Below the pieces are notes generated by a model. That model saw only the letters and a list, made by a program, of their open reading frames with translations, had not been told where the DNA came from and ran no database searches. A stretch of 64,000 bases of DNA from Octopus sinensis. Its lineage: Eukaryota. This document shows positions 51,791 to 64,000 of this stretch, in pieces. A program made the translations under genes and the position numbers. Positions within the stretch are counted from its first letter, which is position 1, and every line of letters begins with the position of its first letter. The stretch is taken from NCBI RefSeq assembly GCF_006345805.1, contig NC_043018.1, forward strand, positions 5,084,001 through 5,148,000, written 5' to 3'.

Positions 51791-52761
51791 TAATTATTAT
51801 TTTCGTGTCACTCTAATAAATTTATCGACTTTCTAGCCCTTTAAAATACAATAACAAAATAATAATCATAAATGACGGGAAAACACACAGAAAAAGAAAA
51901 GTAATAGAAATAAAGCGACGGATAATGTGAAGCTTTCAGTAGATAATTTTATTGTGAAGTCAGTTTGATAGAGGCTGTTTGATAGAAAGTCTCCTGGGGG
52001 AATGTTATAAACGAGCTTTTGTGGACACTATGCTAGGCTTCTTCCTTAGACAAAAAAAAAAAAAAAAAAAAAATTTGAAAAATACAATAAAAATACAAAT
52101 ATATAATAAAAATGGATATAAAATGAAATAAAACAAAGTAATAGAAAATATAAATATAGAAACAAATAAATAAAAGAAATGTAAAAAATAATAATGAATA
52201 ATGAAACGAAGGAAAATACCGGAAAAAAACAAGAGAGAAAGAAATAAAATACAAAAATATGAAGAGAATTCGAGAATGACAACAATAACAACAACAACAA
52301 CAACGAAGAACAACAACGAATGACAATAACTGCGACAACAACAATGATAGTAATAACAATAAGACTTAGCAACAAGCTACTATAGTAACAACGACAACAA
52401 CAACAACAATGTCATCAACAAACCAAAAATTAGAACAAAATAAAATAAATTATAAATAAATAACAGCAAAATGGAATAAATAAAAACAAACACAAATACC
52501 ATCATGGACGAGAAGAAGAAGAAGAAGAGGTGGGAAACAAGAAGATATAAAATCTACGATATGTGTGTGTGTGTGTGTGGGTGTAGATCGCAGTTGGTGA
52601 ACAATAGCGCCGTACTTTCTAACGGACCAATCGTTGGTTTATTGCATCTCTGAGGATAGAAGAATAATGCTGGAACGTGTACGAGTTGATGCAAAAGTCA
52701 TTGTCCGCTCAAAGCATTTCGTTCGAACAGCAACGATTTCCGCCGATGTACACGATATACA

Positions 52762-53030
52762 TGCCTGCCTACCTGCCTGCCTGCCTACCTACCTACCTAC
52801 CTACCTACCTACCTACCCACCTACCTACCCACCTACCTACCTACCTACCTACCTACCTACCACCCACCTACCTACCTACCTACCTGCCACCTACCCACTT
52901 ACCTACCTACCTACCTACCTACCTACACACCCACCTACCTACCTACCCACTTACCTACCTACATACCTACCTACCTACCTACCTACCTACCTACCTACCT
53001 ACCTAAACCTACCCACCTACCTACCTACAT
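52762..53030. repeat. (CCTA)n tetranucleotide tract
   Basis: Direct inspection; explains the PTYL-repeat ORFs. Confidence 0.95.
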
Positions 53031-54031
53031 TCATACATAGAAACGCACAGAGAGACTCTCACCTATGACAACCTTCAAAGAACTAGAAATAATTACTATC
53101 CTAGCCTAATATTTTATATGAATCCATTAAGTTAATCAAACAATATCATTATATGTAATCATGAACCCATAAAGATGTTCAACCGTACAAGAATGAAGGA
53201 CAAAGCAGAATAACAGACTCACTAATATGCATATCAAACATGCATTCCCATCCTCAGCTGCCTAACATATAGCACTATGGTTTTGACACCTGGGCAATAA
53301 CGATCAATCCAGCGGTATCAACAGAGTTAAAAACATAAACTCTATGTGGAAACAAATAGATAAGCAGCAGGAGCGAAACTTTAGCTTTTTGGCTATATTT
53401 GAAGTTGTTATAATAATAAGCTGGAGTTGAGGAAATGAGCATATTACGCTAATATGTAATTCAGGTAAATCATTAGTCAACTGTTCAGGTGGGCATTATA
53501 TTTTATATTATGTCGTTATTCCGTGGTTGGGTCTGAGCATTTAAAGATACCGGCAGTTACATTCTTGCCCGTTACTATCCGTTCATTTAACGGGTTCTCC
53601 TGATTTCTTATTATTTAGCAGTTGTTTATGTTCCGTCATTCCCCTGTGTAGTGATAATATTATATGTCCGTAGTGCTTAGCGGTATTTCCTCTGTCCTTA
53701 CGTTTTGAGTTCAAATTCCGCCGAGGTTGACTTTACCTTTCATCCTTTCGGGGTGGATAAATAAAGCACCAGTTGCGTACTGGGGTCGATCTAATCGACT
53801 GCCCCCCACTCTCCCTAGAAAAGAATATAGTATGTCCAATATAGTTTTCCAAACATTTACAGCATGTTACGATATGAATCATATTTTGGGGGTTTCAATA
53901 TATATATATATATGGTGGGTGTATATGTGCATGTGAATGTATGTATAATAGAATAAAAGTATACGCAGGCAAACAACAGGTATCCACATTATGGTTGAGT
54001 TGTTAGAAGAGCATTGAAGGTGTGCAGATAG

Positions 54032-54118
54032 TCTCTTACAGCTGTTTCTAGTATAGATGCGCAGGTAGTGCATCTCTCTCAAAACAAACAGTAGCGATCT
54101 ATTCCATCATCGGAGAGA
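54032..54118 (-). ncRNA. type I hammerhead-ribozyme-like motif, C4 variant
   Basis: TCTCT-CCGATGA-TGGAATAGAT-(38 nt)-ATCTATACTA-GAAA-CAGCTG-TA-AGAGA; 5-bp stem I, 9 of 10 stem II pairs. Confidence 0.55.
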
Positions 54119-55236
54119 GAATGATGTAGATTCTTAGTAGAAACTCTTTGTAGCGATCAATTCTATTGTTGGAGAGTGATATGTGTGTGCGTGTTGCATC
54201 TGAGGAAAATGTAATTTTTTCTTGCCTGTGGTGACCCATACTTTGTGAGTGAAATTAGACAGACGGAAACCACATAGAAGCCCATCAAATGGATTATATC
54301 AGTAATTCAGAAAAGCACAGTCTTCTCATACACACACTGTGTTACTCTGTGTAGTTGAGGATGAATTAAGTGTACATGTGTCTGCGGAGTACTCAGCCAC
54401 TTACTGGTTAATTCAATGGGCAGATGATTCAGTTGATCTAACAACTGTAAAATCATTGTCGAAACTGACGGAGAACCATCCTTACTTCCCGCCATTCGTT
54501 TTATGTTGTTGTACCTATTATTACCCAGGAATATGTCCTTCAGCTTTTTAAAAATCCCTTGGTAGTGATTTGAAGAGAGTATTTGACTGCTATTTCTATT
54601 TCTATCGGAACGGTTGACTGTCATCGACGACGCAGCTCTATCACCAAACAAAAAGAAACAACAAAGCAAATATAAAAACAACAACAACATATTTATTTGA
54701 TGTTTGTATCATATGCGTTGTTGTTGTTGTTGTTACCACTTTCATTGTGGTGTGCATGTTATTGTTGTTGATGCTGATGCTGATGATGTTGATATTATTG
54801 TTTTTTACTCTTGTTGTCTGGCGCTATGTTTTATATCGCTCCATCTCTCAGTGTCCGTTAATGTATTTTATTGGTAAATTAGTCGCAAATCGATCGATTT
54901 GGTTATTTGAACTACAAATATCAATACTGAATGAGACATAATGATTGATTTGGTTTGATTAATTATAATGTTTGATGAGGGTGACAGTGATTATGATGAT
55001 GTATCAATAAGTGGTAGTTAATAATTGGTAAAAGCCCTGAAACTTGTGGGAAGAGTAGGATGATGTTTATCGATCATATCGACACGAAAACATGTCTGGT
55101 ATCTGGTTACGGAGCCCAAGATGGAGAAAAGCAGAGATGTGTAGATTTGGTCTCAGCGGGGACAGAACCGAAACGAATTTCACAAGGAATATTTATTCCG
55201 GTCAAAGGTAGGTCTAAACCCTATCAACTCGCAATT

Positions 55237-55312
<76 letters not shown>

Positions 55313-55393
55313 CTATCTATCCGTCTGTCTGTCTGTCTGTCTACCGATCTCTCTCTTTATCTAGCCATCTATCTGTCTACCTACCTGCATACC

Positions 55394-55433
<40 letters not shown>

Positions 55434-55439
55434 GTGCTC

Positions 55440-56730
55440 TGCCTTTAGTGATCCCACTGATATTGACACAAGGGATGTGAACGAACTCAATGTCCAACAT
55501 ATCTCGTACAGTGTCCTGAAGGAATGCAGACTCCAATTTGCAACCCTTCGAACTAACCTCTGGAGAAATTCTTTAAACACAGGCTATATACCGAAATAGT
55601 TCTCATCCCAATCTGTTATTCTGGGCTTCAAAAAGGAGCCTCTAGCACTTAACGATCTCCCGATCTCACTCACCTTCCATGTCATCGAAGCTTTCCAAAG
55701 AGCCACAACTTCCTAAATTTCAACGGACAGAGCACAGTAGTGTTGTGCAAAATAGAATAAGTGCTAAGCTTACAAAGAACAAGTCCTGGGGTCGATTTAG
55801 TCGAGTAAAGGCGGTGCTCCAGCGTGGCCGCAGTCAAGTGACTGAAACAAGTAAAAGAATAAAAGAAAAGAATAGAATGATTGCAAGGTGCAGAAAATCA
55901 TGAATGGAGAAGAGCGAAGCGAGTTCCAGCTGTAAGCCAATGGGCGGACAAAACCAACAATCAATCAGATGAAGGGAAATTTGAACTGAAGCAATTTGCA
56001 AAAGTGAATCTGCTTAAACAACCGGGAGAACTCACAGAATCCAATAATATCAGGGTCTTAGGAATGATTGCTGACAACATTCTCAGCTGGAGCGCCCATA
56101 TGAACAATAAAGTTAACATTGCTTGCAGGATGATCCCCTGAATCTTCAGAACTTTCCGGTTCAGAGAGCAAGATGTCATCATTGCCCCTTTTCTCATCCT
56201 TTGTACGGCCACACCTAGAATCCTGCTGCCCCATGGGGGTCTCCCTACACCAAATAAAACGGTATCAGAATTGACTCATCTTAAAGAACATTCACTAAAA
56301 AAAAATAAAGGCATGACTGATCTTGATTATTGGGACCGACATAAAATATTGAAGCAGTATTCTCTCCAGCGCCGTCGTGAGCGCCACAGCCTTTGCACAA
56401 TGTGAAGAACATACAACCAGCGTAACCCAAACAAATTTAACATCAAATTCAGAATTCATCCAAGATGGAACTATGTGCCAGACGCCACCTACACAAATCA
56501 GGCTCAAAGGTCCTATCACCTTCAAACGATATCAAGACAAATTTCTTCAAGGGACACCAGATAAGCCTCTTATGCCGGGATAAATCCCAGTCAACAACAA
56601 CCTCCTTATTCGAATGGGCCACGATTCCACAAAACTTAGCATAAAATGACTTAGCAGATCCTGTCAGGTGATACCATTAAGTTGGACATGGCGTCGGCCA
56701 ATCTTTGGTAGAAACATCAACGTTATCAAA
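55440..56730 (+). mobile_element. fragmented CR1-clade LINE interrupted by a SINE A fragment
   Basis: LKECRL...PISLTFHVIEAFQR at 55440-55715; SINE piece at about 55750-55860; 3' part homologous to 35390-35850 through QYSLQRRRER and PDKP. Confidence 0.75.
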
Positions 56731-56732
56731 GT

Positions 56733-57230
56733 TATGTATGTATGTATGTATGTATGTATGTATGTATGTATGTATGTATGTATGTATGTATGTATGTATG
56801 CGTGTGTGTATGTATATATGAATGTATGTATATATGTATGTATGTATATATGTATGTATGTATGTGTGTGTATGCATGCATGTATGTATGTATGAATGTG
56901 TGTGTATATGCATGTATATATGTATATATAGTTATGTATCTACGTATGTATGTATGTATGTATGTATGTATGTATGTATCTATGTATGTGTGTGTGTATG
57001 TATATATGAATGTATGTATGTGTGTGTATGTATGTATGTATATATGTATGTATGTGTGTGTATGTATGCATGTATGTATGAATGTGTGTATGCATGTATG
57101 TATGTATATATATATATATATGTATGAATGTATGTATGTGTGTGTGTATGTATGTATGTATGTGTGTATGTATGTATGAATGTATGTATGTATGTGTGTG
57201 TATGTATGTATGCATGTATGTATGTATGTG
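56733..57230. repeat. complex (TATG)n tract
   Basis: Direct inspection; begins right after the CR1 3' end. Confidence 0.95.
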
Positions 57231-57231
57231 C

Positions 57232-57700
57232 TACTGGTAACATGTAACCCAGTACAACCTGTTGCATGGTGGGGTCGTCGGCGACTAAACCGGCAACCCC
57301 ACCAAGCTTGCTTAGTGAGGCGGGTGTTTATTCGACACCCTGCGGGATGAAAACAAAACCCGTCAAAGGGCGGAGGAACTCTTGAGAGTCAATGGCGATC
57401 CAATAAATGTCTTAAGGCTGTATCATGCGCGGGGACATAGAAATAATCGGACTGAATACCCGATCGCACGGTTAAATCATTGGGAGTGAAGGACTCCCAG
57501 CCTTTGTTAGGGCATGCTTTTAGGAGAAGGTGACTCAGGAAACTGGGATCACTCCGACATAAAACCTGCGGCTCAGTGGTTACCGATGATGTTGACTTGT
57601 TCTTCTTTTCGGATTATGACTGCTGTTGCTTAGTGAGTGGGATCGACTCAGTGCACAGCCTTTCGTCACTTTAAAAAAAAATCTTCTTGCACAGGCGTTG
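57232..57700 (+). mobile_element. possible LINE (RTE-like) 5' UTR without ORF
   Basis: GC-richer, hairpin-rich sequence with GGAGAAGGTGACTC...ATAAAACC, reminiscent of RTE 5' UTRs; recognition from memory only. Confidence 0.35.
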
Positions 57701-58150
57701 CACGATAACAGCATTGATTAAGCTTCATGCAATGGCCATACTCGATAACGAGGGGGCAGCCACCATGTGTGTGTGTGTATGTATGTATGTATGTATGTAT
57801 GTATGTATGTATGTGTGTATGTGTGTGTGTATGCATGTATATATATGCGTATATGTATGGGAGCTCGTTGCCTTTTTTCTATCTCCAACATTTGTTTACT
57901 AAAATTAGTGTATGTGCGCGTGCGTGTGCTTGTGTGTGCGTGTGTGTTCCCAATTACAATCGGATCGTGTAGCATTCTTTATTTTGTCGCAGAGTATCAA
58001 ACCATAAATTCAATTTGGGAATAAAGTTGTTTTGGAAATGCATTTCTGTTTTCTTTCATTAACCTAAAATTAATTCCAGAAATAAAACACAAAATCAAAA
58101 CACGACATTTGACGGCAAGATATGTCACGTGACATATAAACGCACAGATA

Positions 58151-58193
<43 letters not shown>

Positions 58194-58361
58194 ATATATA
58201 TGATTTTTTGATTTTTCCAGTTTCAGCTAATGAGCTGTGGCCATGCTGGGGCACCATATGTGTGTGTGTGTACACATACGTATTCAGATATATAATTATA
58301 CAATATGCATATACATAATATAAATACATAAACATATATATGTAAATATATATATATATAT

Positions 58362-58441
<80 letters not shown>

Positions 58442-58560
58442 AATTATATGTACATATATATATACACATATGCATATATGTATACATACACATATATTAC
58501 ATATATATATATCATCATCATCATCGTTTAACGTCATCCGTAATTTATATTGATATACGT

Positions 58561-58610
<50 letters not shown>

Positions 58611-59321
58611 GGTATGTATATATATATGTCTTTATACCTACTTGTATATATTGATATGCACATATTGTATTTACTAAGCCACCACACCCAGCTTTGTTTG
58701 TTTGGGAATACAATAAATTTCTTCCACCCGCCATTTGTTTCTATCATTCATCTACAATAAACATCTCAGCACCATATCGCATGATATCGATATCATATCA
58801 GCCACACCTCACTATCACCACCAATGGAATCTGGACGATGTCTTGCTTCGCATGTGTCTGTATACGCGGGTGTTTTGTTTTTGTGTGTGTCGTTAGCCTT
58901 ATAAGTTTTCGGTGTTGTTGATAATATTCTTTTTGTTGATTTTTGGTGTTGTGTTGTTCCATAATTGATCTTTCTTGGAGAATGGATAACATTCGTAGTG
59001 TTGAAAGTTCAGCCGGGTTTTTGGTCAGATTGTGTCATTAAGAGATGTCAGGTATGATGACAGCACGAGCGCCCACAGACGTATACGCACCCACAAAGCA
59101 TACACACACTCACACACACAAATACATACCCCAACCCCCACCACCCGCATATTCCAGTCGTGCAATGTCGGGGACCAGATCCTACATAGATTTATGTCGG
59201 AACATGTTGAAAATTTAATATATATAAATTATTTTATGGATTCTATTACGAAGTAAAACACAACTGAAATGAATACATACATCTACACGCACACACACAC
59301 ACACACACATATATGCACACG

Positions 59322-59384
<63 letters not shown>

Positions 59385-59404
59385 GCATATATATGTATGT
59401 ATAT

Positions 59405-59435
<31 letters not shown>

Positions 59436-59589
59436 TTTATGTGTGCTTGTGTATGTGGCGCGCGAGTGCGTTATGTGATTGATCGTCACGATGAAGGCCA
59501 AATGCCCTTGATTCAACTTCAGCTCTCCATCTGAGATCAGGTCACTTGCAAAAATATTAACTGCGGGACATATACAACGTTTATTCCTG

Positions 59590-59770
59590 TATAGTTGGAC
59601 GCGAGTATAAGTCGCACCCCTAATTTAATGCGAACTCTTGGAACAAAATTCTCTTCTGTATAGTTTTAGCATTTCGTTACGGGGAAGCCGCATCCCGGTG
59701 CTTTTTTTGTCTTTTTTTCGCATAAGATGAAGCATAAAATAGTACGACTTATTCTTGAGTAAATATGGTG
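59590..59770. mobile_element. pogo/Tc2-like MITE remnant
   Basis: GCGAGTATAAGTCGCAC ... GTACGACTTATTCTTGAGTAAATATGGT, imperfect inverted ends. Confidence 0.4.
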
Positions 59771-60016
59771 GAAGGATGTATCCATAGACGGACCTAAACA
59801 TCTTTTTTTTCTCAATTATTGATTTATCGAATATTAATAGATTTCCTTTTCTCTCCCTTCTAAACACACACACACACACATACTAGACTGCCCGTGACCC
59901 TCACCTGGAAACGGAGTTTCGTTTCGTGATTTTTTTTCTTTATCAGGTTATTTCGCATGCCTTCAACGAAGGTGACATCGAAGTCACGCGTAAGCAGCTC
60001 CATTCCCCAGAAAAAA

Positions 60017-60134
60017 AAAGATTTGGCTGATATTTCTCGCACGCAATGCTACCACGTAACAGGTATTTCGGGTCTTTTATAGCAAACGCTGTTACGTGGT
60101 AGCAGGGCGTGTTAGAAATAACAGCCAAATCTTT
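60017..60134. repeat. foldback hairpin, 46-bp arms, 26-nt loop
   Basis: Arms differ at 5 positions; the inner 16 bp are perfect (TGCTACCACGTAACAG / CTGTTACGTGGTAGCA). Confidence 0.9.
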
Positions 60135-61106
60135 GGCGCTGAGATACGTTGAATGCACTCGAAAAAACTTTTGTGATGGTATTCCCTTGGGGCATCTTTC
60201 GCTTTGAATCTCTTGTTCGTTAATTTCCGTATTTTTTTATTTATTTATTTACTTTTGTTTTAAAGAGAGAAGAAAGTGAAAGATGTATGTATGTGTATAT
60301 GAAATGACGTGTGTGTGTGTGTGTGTGTGCGAGAGAGAGAGAGAGGGAGAGAGAGAGTGCCACTTACACATACATGAGAACACATACGCTCACTCACTCT
60401 CTCTCACACGAACACATACATGCACACGTACATACAAAAAGATGTACGCATTTGTTTTGATGTATGTACGTATACATGACAACACACCCCTTCACTCACT
60501 CTTTCTTTCTCTCTCTTTTTCTCTCTTTCTCTTTCCCACTATCTCCCCCCCCCCACACACACACGTCCATCTCATATACACGTTCATACTTCTTTCACTT
60601 TCTCTAAAACAAAAGAAATAAGTAAAAAAATTTTTTACGGAAATTAACGAACTCCGGATGACAAGCGAAAGATCGCCATTCACTTGAAAATAATAATGAT
60701 AAAAAAACATTAAAATATTGTCTGTTTAAAGAAAACTAAAAGATAAATACTTACTGTACAAACAACTTACATTTTTGAAATCACATTCAGTTAAAAAATA
60801 TTTCTAAGTGGTTAAAATATTTTCTACGTCAAAAAGTTGATGTTTTAAAATTTTCTTGTGATATGAAATTTCGTTTATACAACCCTCATCGTTTCGTAAG
60901 TGGACAAATGAGAGGGAGTGGCGCTCATTACATTTGGTCGGAATTATATTTTTGATAAGAATTTGACGCACCCATGAAACAGGAAGCCATATAGAGCTGA
61001 ACCAAACTTTATATCTATCTGTTTAACTATCTATTTATCTGTCATGTAATAATAATAATGATGATGATGATGCTGGTGGTGGTGGTGGTGGTGGTGGTGG
61101 TGATGG

Positions 61107-61137
<31 letters not shown>

Positions 61138-61143
61138 AGCAAA

Positions 61144-61307
61144 AAAGTGCCATTGTCATCAAGTGGATGATAGTTCGACGTGTCGTGTGTCTCCCACAGG
61201 TTCAAGAAAGAAACGTGTGAATCTACTTCATTTTGGTTAATATTGAGGAACCTGTGGAAGACACACGAGATGTCGAAATATCGTTCACTTGATAACAATG
61301 GCACCTT
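61144..61307. repeat. foldback hairpin, ~60-bp arms, ~45-nt loop
   Basis: AAGTGCCATTGTCATCAAGTG...CACAGGTTC versus GAACCTGTG...CACTTGATAACAATGGCACCTT. Confidence 0.9.
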
Positions 61308-61369
61308 TCTTTTTAATAACTTCTATATCTTCTGGAGGAGTTACCTCAATCCTATAAATATTAATAATA

Positions 61370-61578
61370 ATAATGGTTTCAAATTTTGGCACAAGGCCAG
61401 CAATTTCGGGCGAGGGAATAAGTCGATTTGATTTATTCCAGTGCTTATTTTATCGACCACCGAAAGGATGAAAGGCAGAGTCGACCCCAGCGGCATTTGA
61501 ACTCAGAAAGTGAAAATAGACAAAATACTGCTAAACAGTTTGCTCGGCCTGCTAACAAGTTTATCCGCTCGCCGCCAT
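61370..61578 (-). mobile_element. SINE family B
   Basis: Reverse-complement match. Confidence 0.75.
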
Positions 61579-61849
61579 TTTGTGAACGATTACAACCCGT
61601 GTAAATTTTTCCTTTCCCTCCCTTTTTCCCTATTCTTCTTTCTTTTTTCTTCTTTCTTTTTCTTTCATCTTTTCTTTCACATAACTTGACTTAGTAAATG
61701 AACAATCAGGTGCATTACAGACCGGACCTAGTGAGGGTGGACAAGGTGCACCACATGTGCTATATAGTTGATGTTGCATGCCCTTTTGACCCACAAATAG
61801 TCGAGAAAGAAAACGAAAAGATAGATACAACCCTCTTAATTACGAAATA

Positions 61850-62125
61850 GCCCGGCTATGGAAAATAAAGGTGAAGATAGTGCCAACTATTGTTGGGACC
61901 TTCGGAACAGTATCAGATGGCATCAAGGGGAATATAAAGGAAACTGGAATAGAGTAACCAGTAAGAAGTGTCACAAAATGTTTGCCTCCTTGGCACGGCC
62001 AGAATAATCAGGAAAGTATTGCATAGCTGGTATTGATAGCATGGTACCGTGGGCTGCAGACAGCAAGCCCACTATGTATGCAAGACTCCAGCAGTTCCAA
62101 CAAAACCTGTGAAAATAATAATAAT
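61850..62125 (+). mobile_element. R4/Dong-like (RLE-type) LINE 3' end with (TAA)n tail
   Basis: RLWKIKVKIVPTIVGTFGTV...(frameshift) LLGTARIIRKVL, then a short 3' UTR and AATAATAATAA. Confidence 0.7.
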
Positions 62126-62174
62126 TGATATTAAATTTTCGCCCCAGATAATATTTTATACTCTCTCTTTTACC

Positions 62175-62381
62175 CTTTTACTTGTTTCAGTCGTTTGACT
62201 GCGGCCATGCTGGAGCACCGCCTTTAATCGAGCAACTCGGCCCCGGGACTTATTCTTTTGTAAGCCCAGTACTTATTCTATCGGTCTATTTTGCCGAACC
62301 GCTAAGTGACGGGGACATAAACACACCAGCATCGGTTGTCAAGCAATGCTAGGGGGACAAACAGACACACAAACACACACA

Positions 62382-62412
<31 letters not shown>

Positions 62413-62585
62413 CTATATACATATATACGACGGGCTTCTTTCAGTCTCCGTCCACCTAATCCACTGACAAGGATTTGGTCGGCCCGAGGCTACAGCAGAA
62501 AACACTTGCTTAAGGTGCCACGCAGTGGGACTGAACCCAGAACCATGTGGTTGGCAAGCAAGCCACTTACCACACAACCACTCCT
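62175..62585 (-). mobile_element. SINE family A, full length, close to consensus
   Basis: Reverse-complement match over the entire length. Confidence 0.9.
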
Positions 62586-62744
62586 GTAACTAATAACTTC
62601 TGTCACTAACACCTTGACGACTAACATCCACATTGTCAAGACGTCGACGTCAACAGCGCCCTCTCTTGGTCCATGAGGGTCTTTCCGAGCAGGGAAGAAT
62701 TAAGGGCTTATGCTATATCAACGTCAACGTCACCGTCGTCCTCC

Positions 62745-63720
62745 TGCTCCACCTCCTCTCCCTCCCTCGCTCCCTTCCTCCTCCTCCTCCTCCTTCTTCT
62801 ACTCCTCCTCCTTCTTCTCCTCCTCCTCTTCCTCCTCTTCCTCCTCTTCCTCCTTCTCCTCCTTCTCCTCTTCCTCCTCTTCCTCCTCTTCCTCCTTCTC
62901 CTCCTTCTCCTCCTTCTCCTCCTTCTCCTCTTCCTCCTTCTCCTCCTCCTTCTCCTCCTCCTTCTCCTCCTTCTCCTCCTTCTCCTCTTCCTCCTTCTCC
63001 TCCTCCTTCTTCTCCTCCTGTTCCTTCACCTGTTTCTTCTCCTCCTCCTCCTCCTCCCCCATCCTCTTCGTTCACCCCTCCTCTTCCCCTCCTCCTCATT
63101 TTCCTCCTCCTCCTTCTTCTTCTTCTTCTTCTTCTTCTTCTCTTCTTCCTTCTCCTCCTCTTCTTTTTCTCCTCCTTCTCCTCTTCCTCCACTTCCTCCT
63201 CCTCCTCCTCTTGCTGCTGTTCCTCTTTTTGCTCCTCCTCTTCCTTCTCCTTCTTCTCTTCCTTCTCCTCCTCTTCTTGCTGCTGTTCCTCTTTTTGCTC
63301 CTCCTCTTCCTTCTCCTTCTTCTCTTCCTTCTCCTCCTCTTCTTGCTGCTGTTCCTCTTTTTGCTCCTCCTCTTCCTTCTCCTTCTTCTCTTCCTTCTCC
63401 TCCGCTTCTTGCTGCTGTTCCTCTTTTTGCTCCTCCTCTTCCTTCTCCTTCCCCTCTTGCTGCTGTTCCTCTTCCTTCTCCTCCTCCTCCTCCTCTTCCT
63501 TCTCCTCCTCTTCCTTCTCCTCCTCCTCTTCCTTCTCCTCCCCTTCTTGCTCTTCCTCCTCTACTCCTCCCCTTCTTGATCCTCCTCCTCCACTCCTCCT
63601 GCTCCTCCTCTCCTCCTGCTCCTCTCCTCTTCCTGCTTCTCCCCTCCTTCTGCTCTTCCCTCTTCCTGATAGTCCCCTCCTCCCTCTCCTCCTCCTCCTC
63701 CTCCTCGTCGTCTTCGTAGT
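62745..63720. repeat. ~1-kb polypyrimidine/polypurine (CTC/CTT) tract with internal 66-bp tandem unit
   Basis: TTGCTGCTGTTCCTC at 63211, 63277, 63343, 63409 (period 66) and a partial copy at 63457. Confidence 0.95.
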
Positions 63721-63847
63721 CATCGTTATCGTTGTTGCCCTTCTTTACCATCGTTGTAATCTTTCTCGTTGTCATCGTCGTCCTTCTCCTCAACCTCAAC
63801 CAGCACCAGTACCAGCACAACCACCACCGCCACTGCTGCTGCTGCTG

Positions 63848-63905
<58 letters not shown>

Positions 63906-64000
63906 AACCCTCAACACACTACCGCGAATACTACTTCCACAAACCGCAGCACTACATGCCAGTGAGGGTGTTCCTAAGCCTGGTCGGTGTCAGCTAGAAA

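Noticed and set aside
57232-57420. HDV-like ribozyme
   Set aside because: No P3-L3(TCC)-P3'-P1'-GG arrangement could be fitted by eye.
61850-62125. R4/Dong-like LINE as the mobilising partner of SINE family B
   Set aside because: Tails are on opposite strands ((TAA)n versus (ATT)n) and no shared 3' sequence is visible.
62633-63997. Long ORFs (264-454 aa) in several frames as a gene
   Set aside because: CT/GA-only composition cannot form stop codons; products are pure low complexity with no domain.

Overview
Eukaryotic, AT-rich, microsatellite-dense DNA made up mostly of transposable elements. The repeat families (two tRNA-headed SINEs, one with a CORE-like CCTTGGGCAAGT segment) point to an octopus genome; this is an inference from memory, not a database match. 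No host protein-coding gene could be supported; nearly all listed ORFs are microsatellite read-throughs. Recognisable element-derived coding remnants: RTE and R4/Dong-like LINE 3' ends, CR1-type endonuclease and RT fragments, a Neptune-like Penelope element (RT + GIY-YIG), an internally deleted mariner, and an ORF1-only L1/Tx1-like insertion with a 16-bp TSD. There are also Helentron-like non-autonomous elements, several MITEs/foldbacks, a four-level nested insertion at 31.5-34 kb, a 13 x 26-bp minisatellite and a 926-bp tandem duplication that may be an assembly artefact. The most interesting signal is a dispersed set of type I hammerhead-ribozyme-like folds (seven loci) with palindromic helix III, variable and often long loop II, compensatory stem changes and variant cores. 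All folds were made by eye and none is tested. SINE and microsatellite boundaries are approximate.
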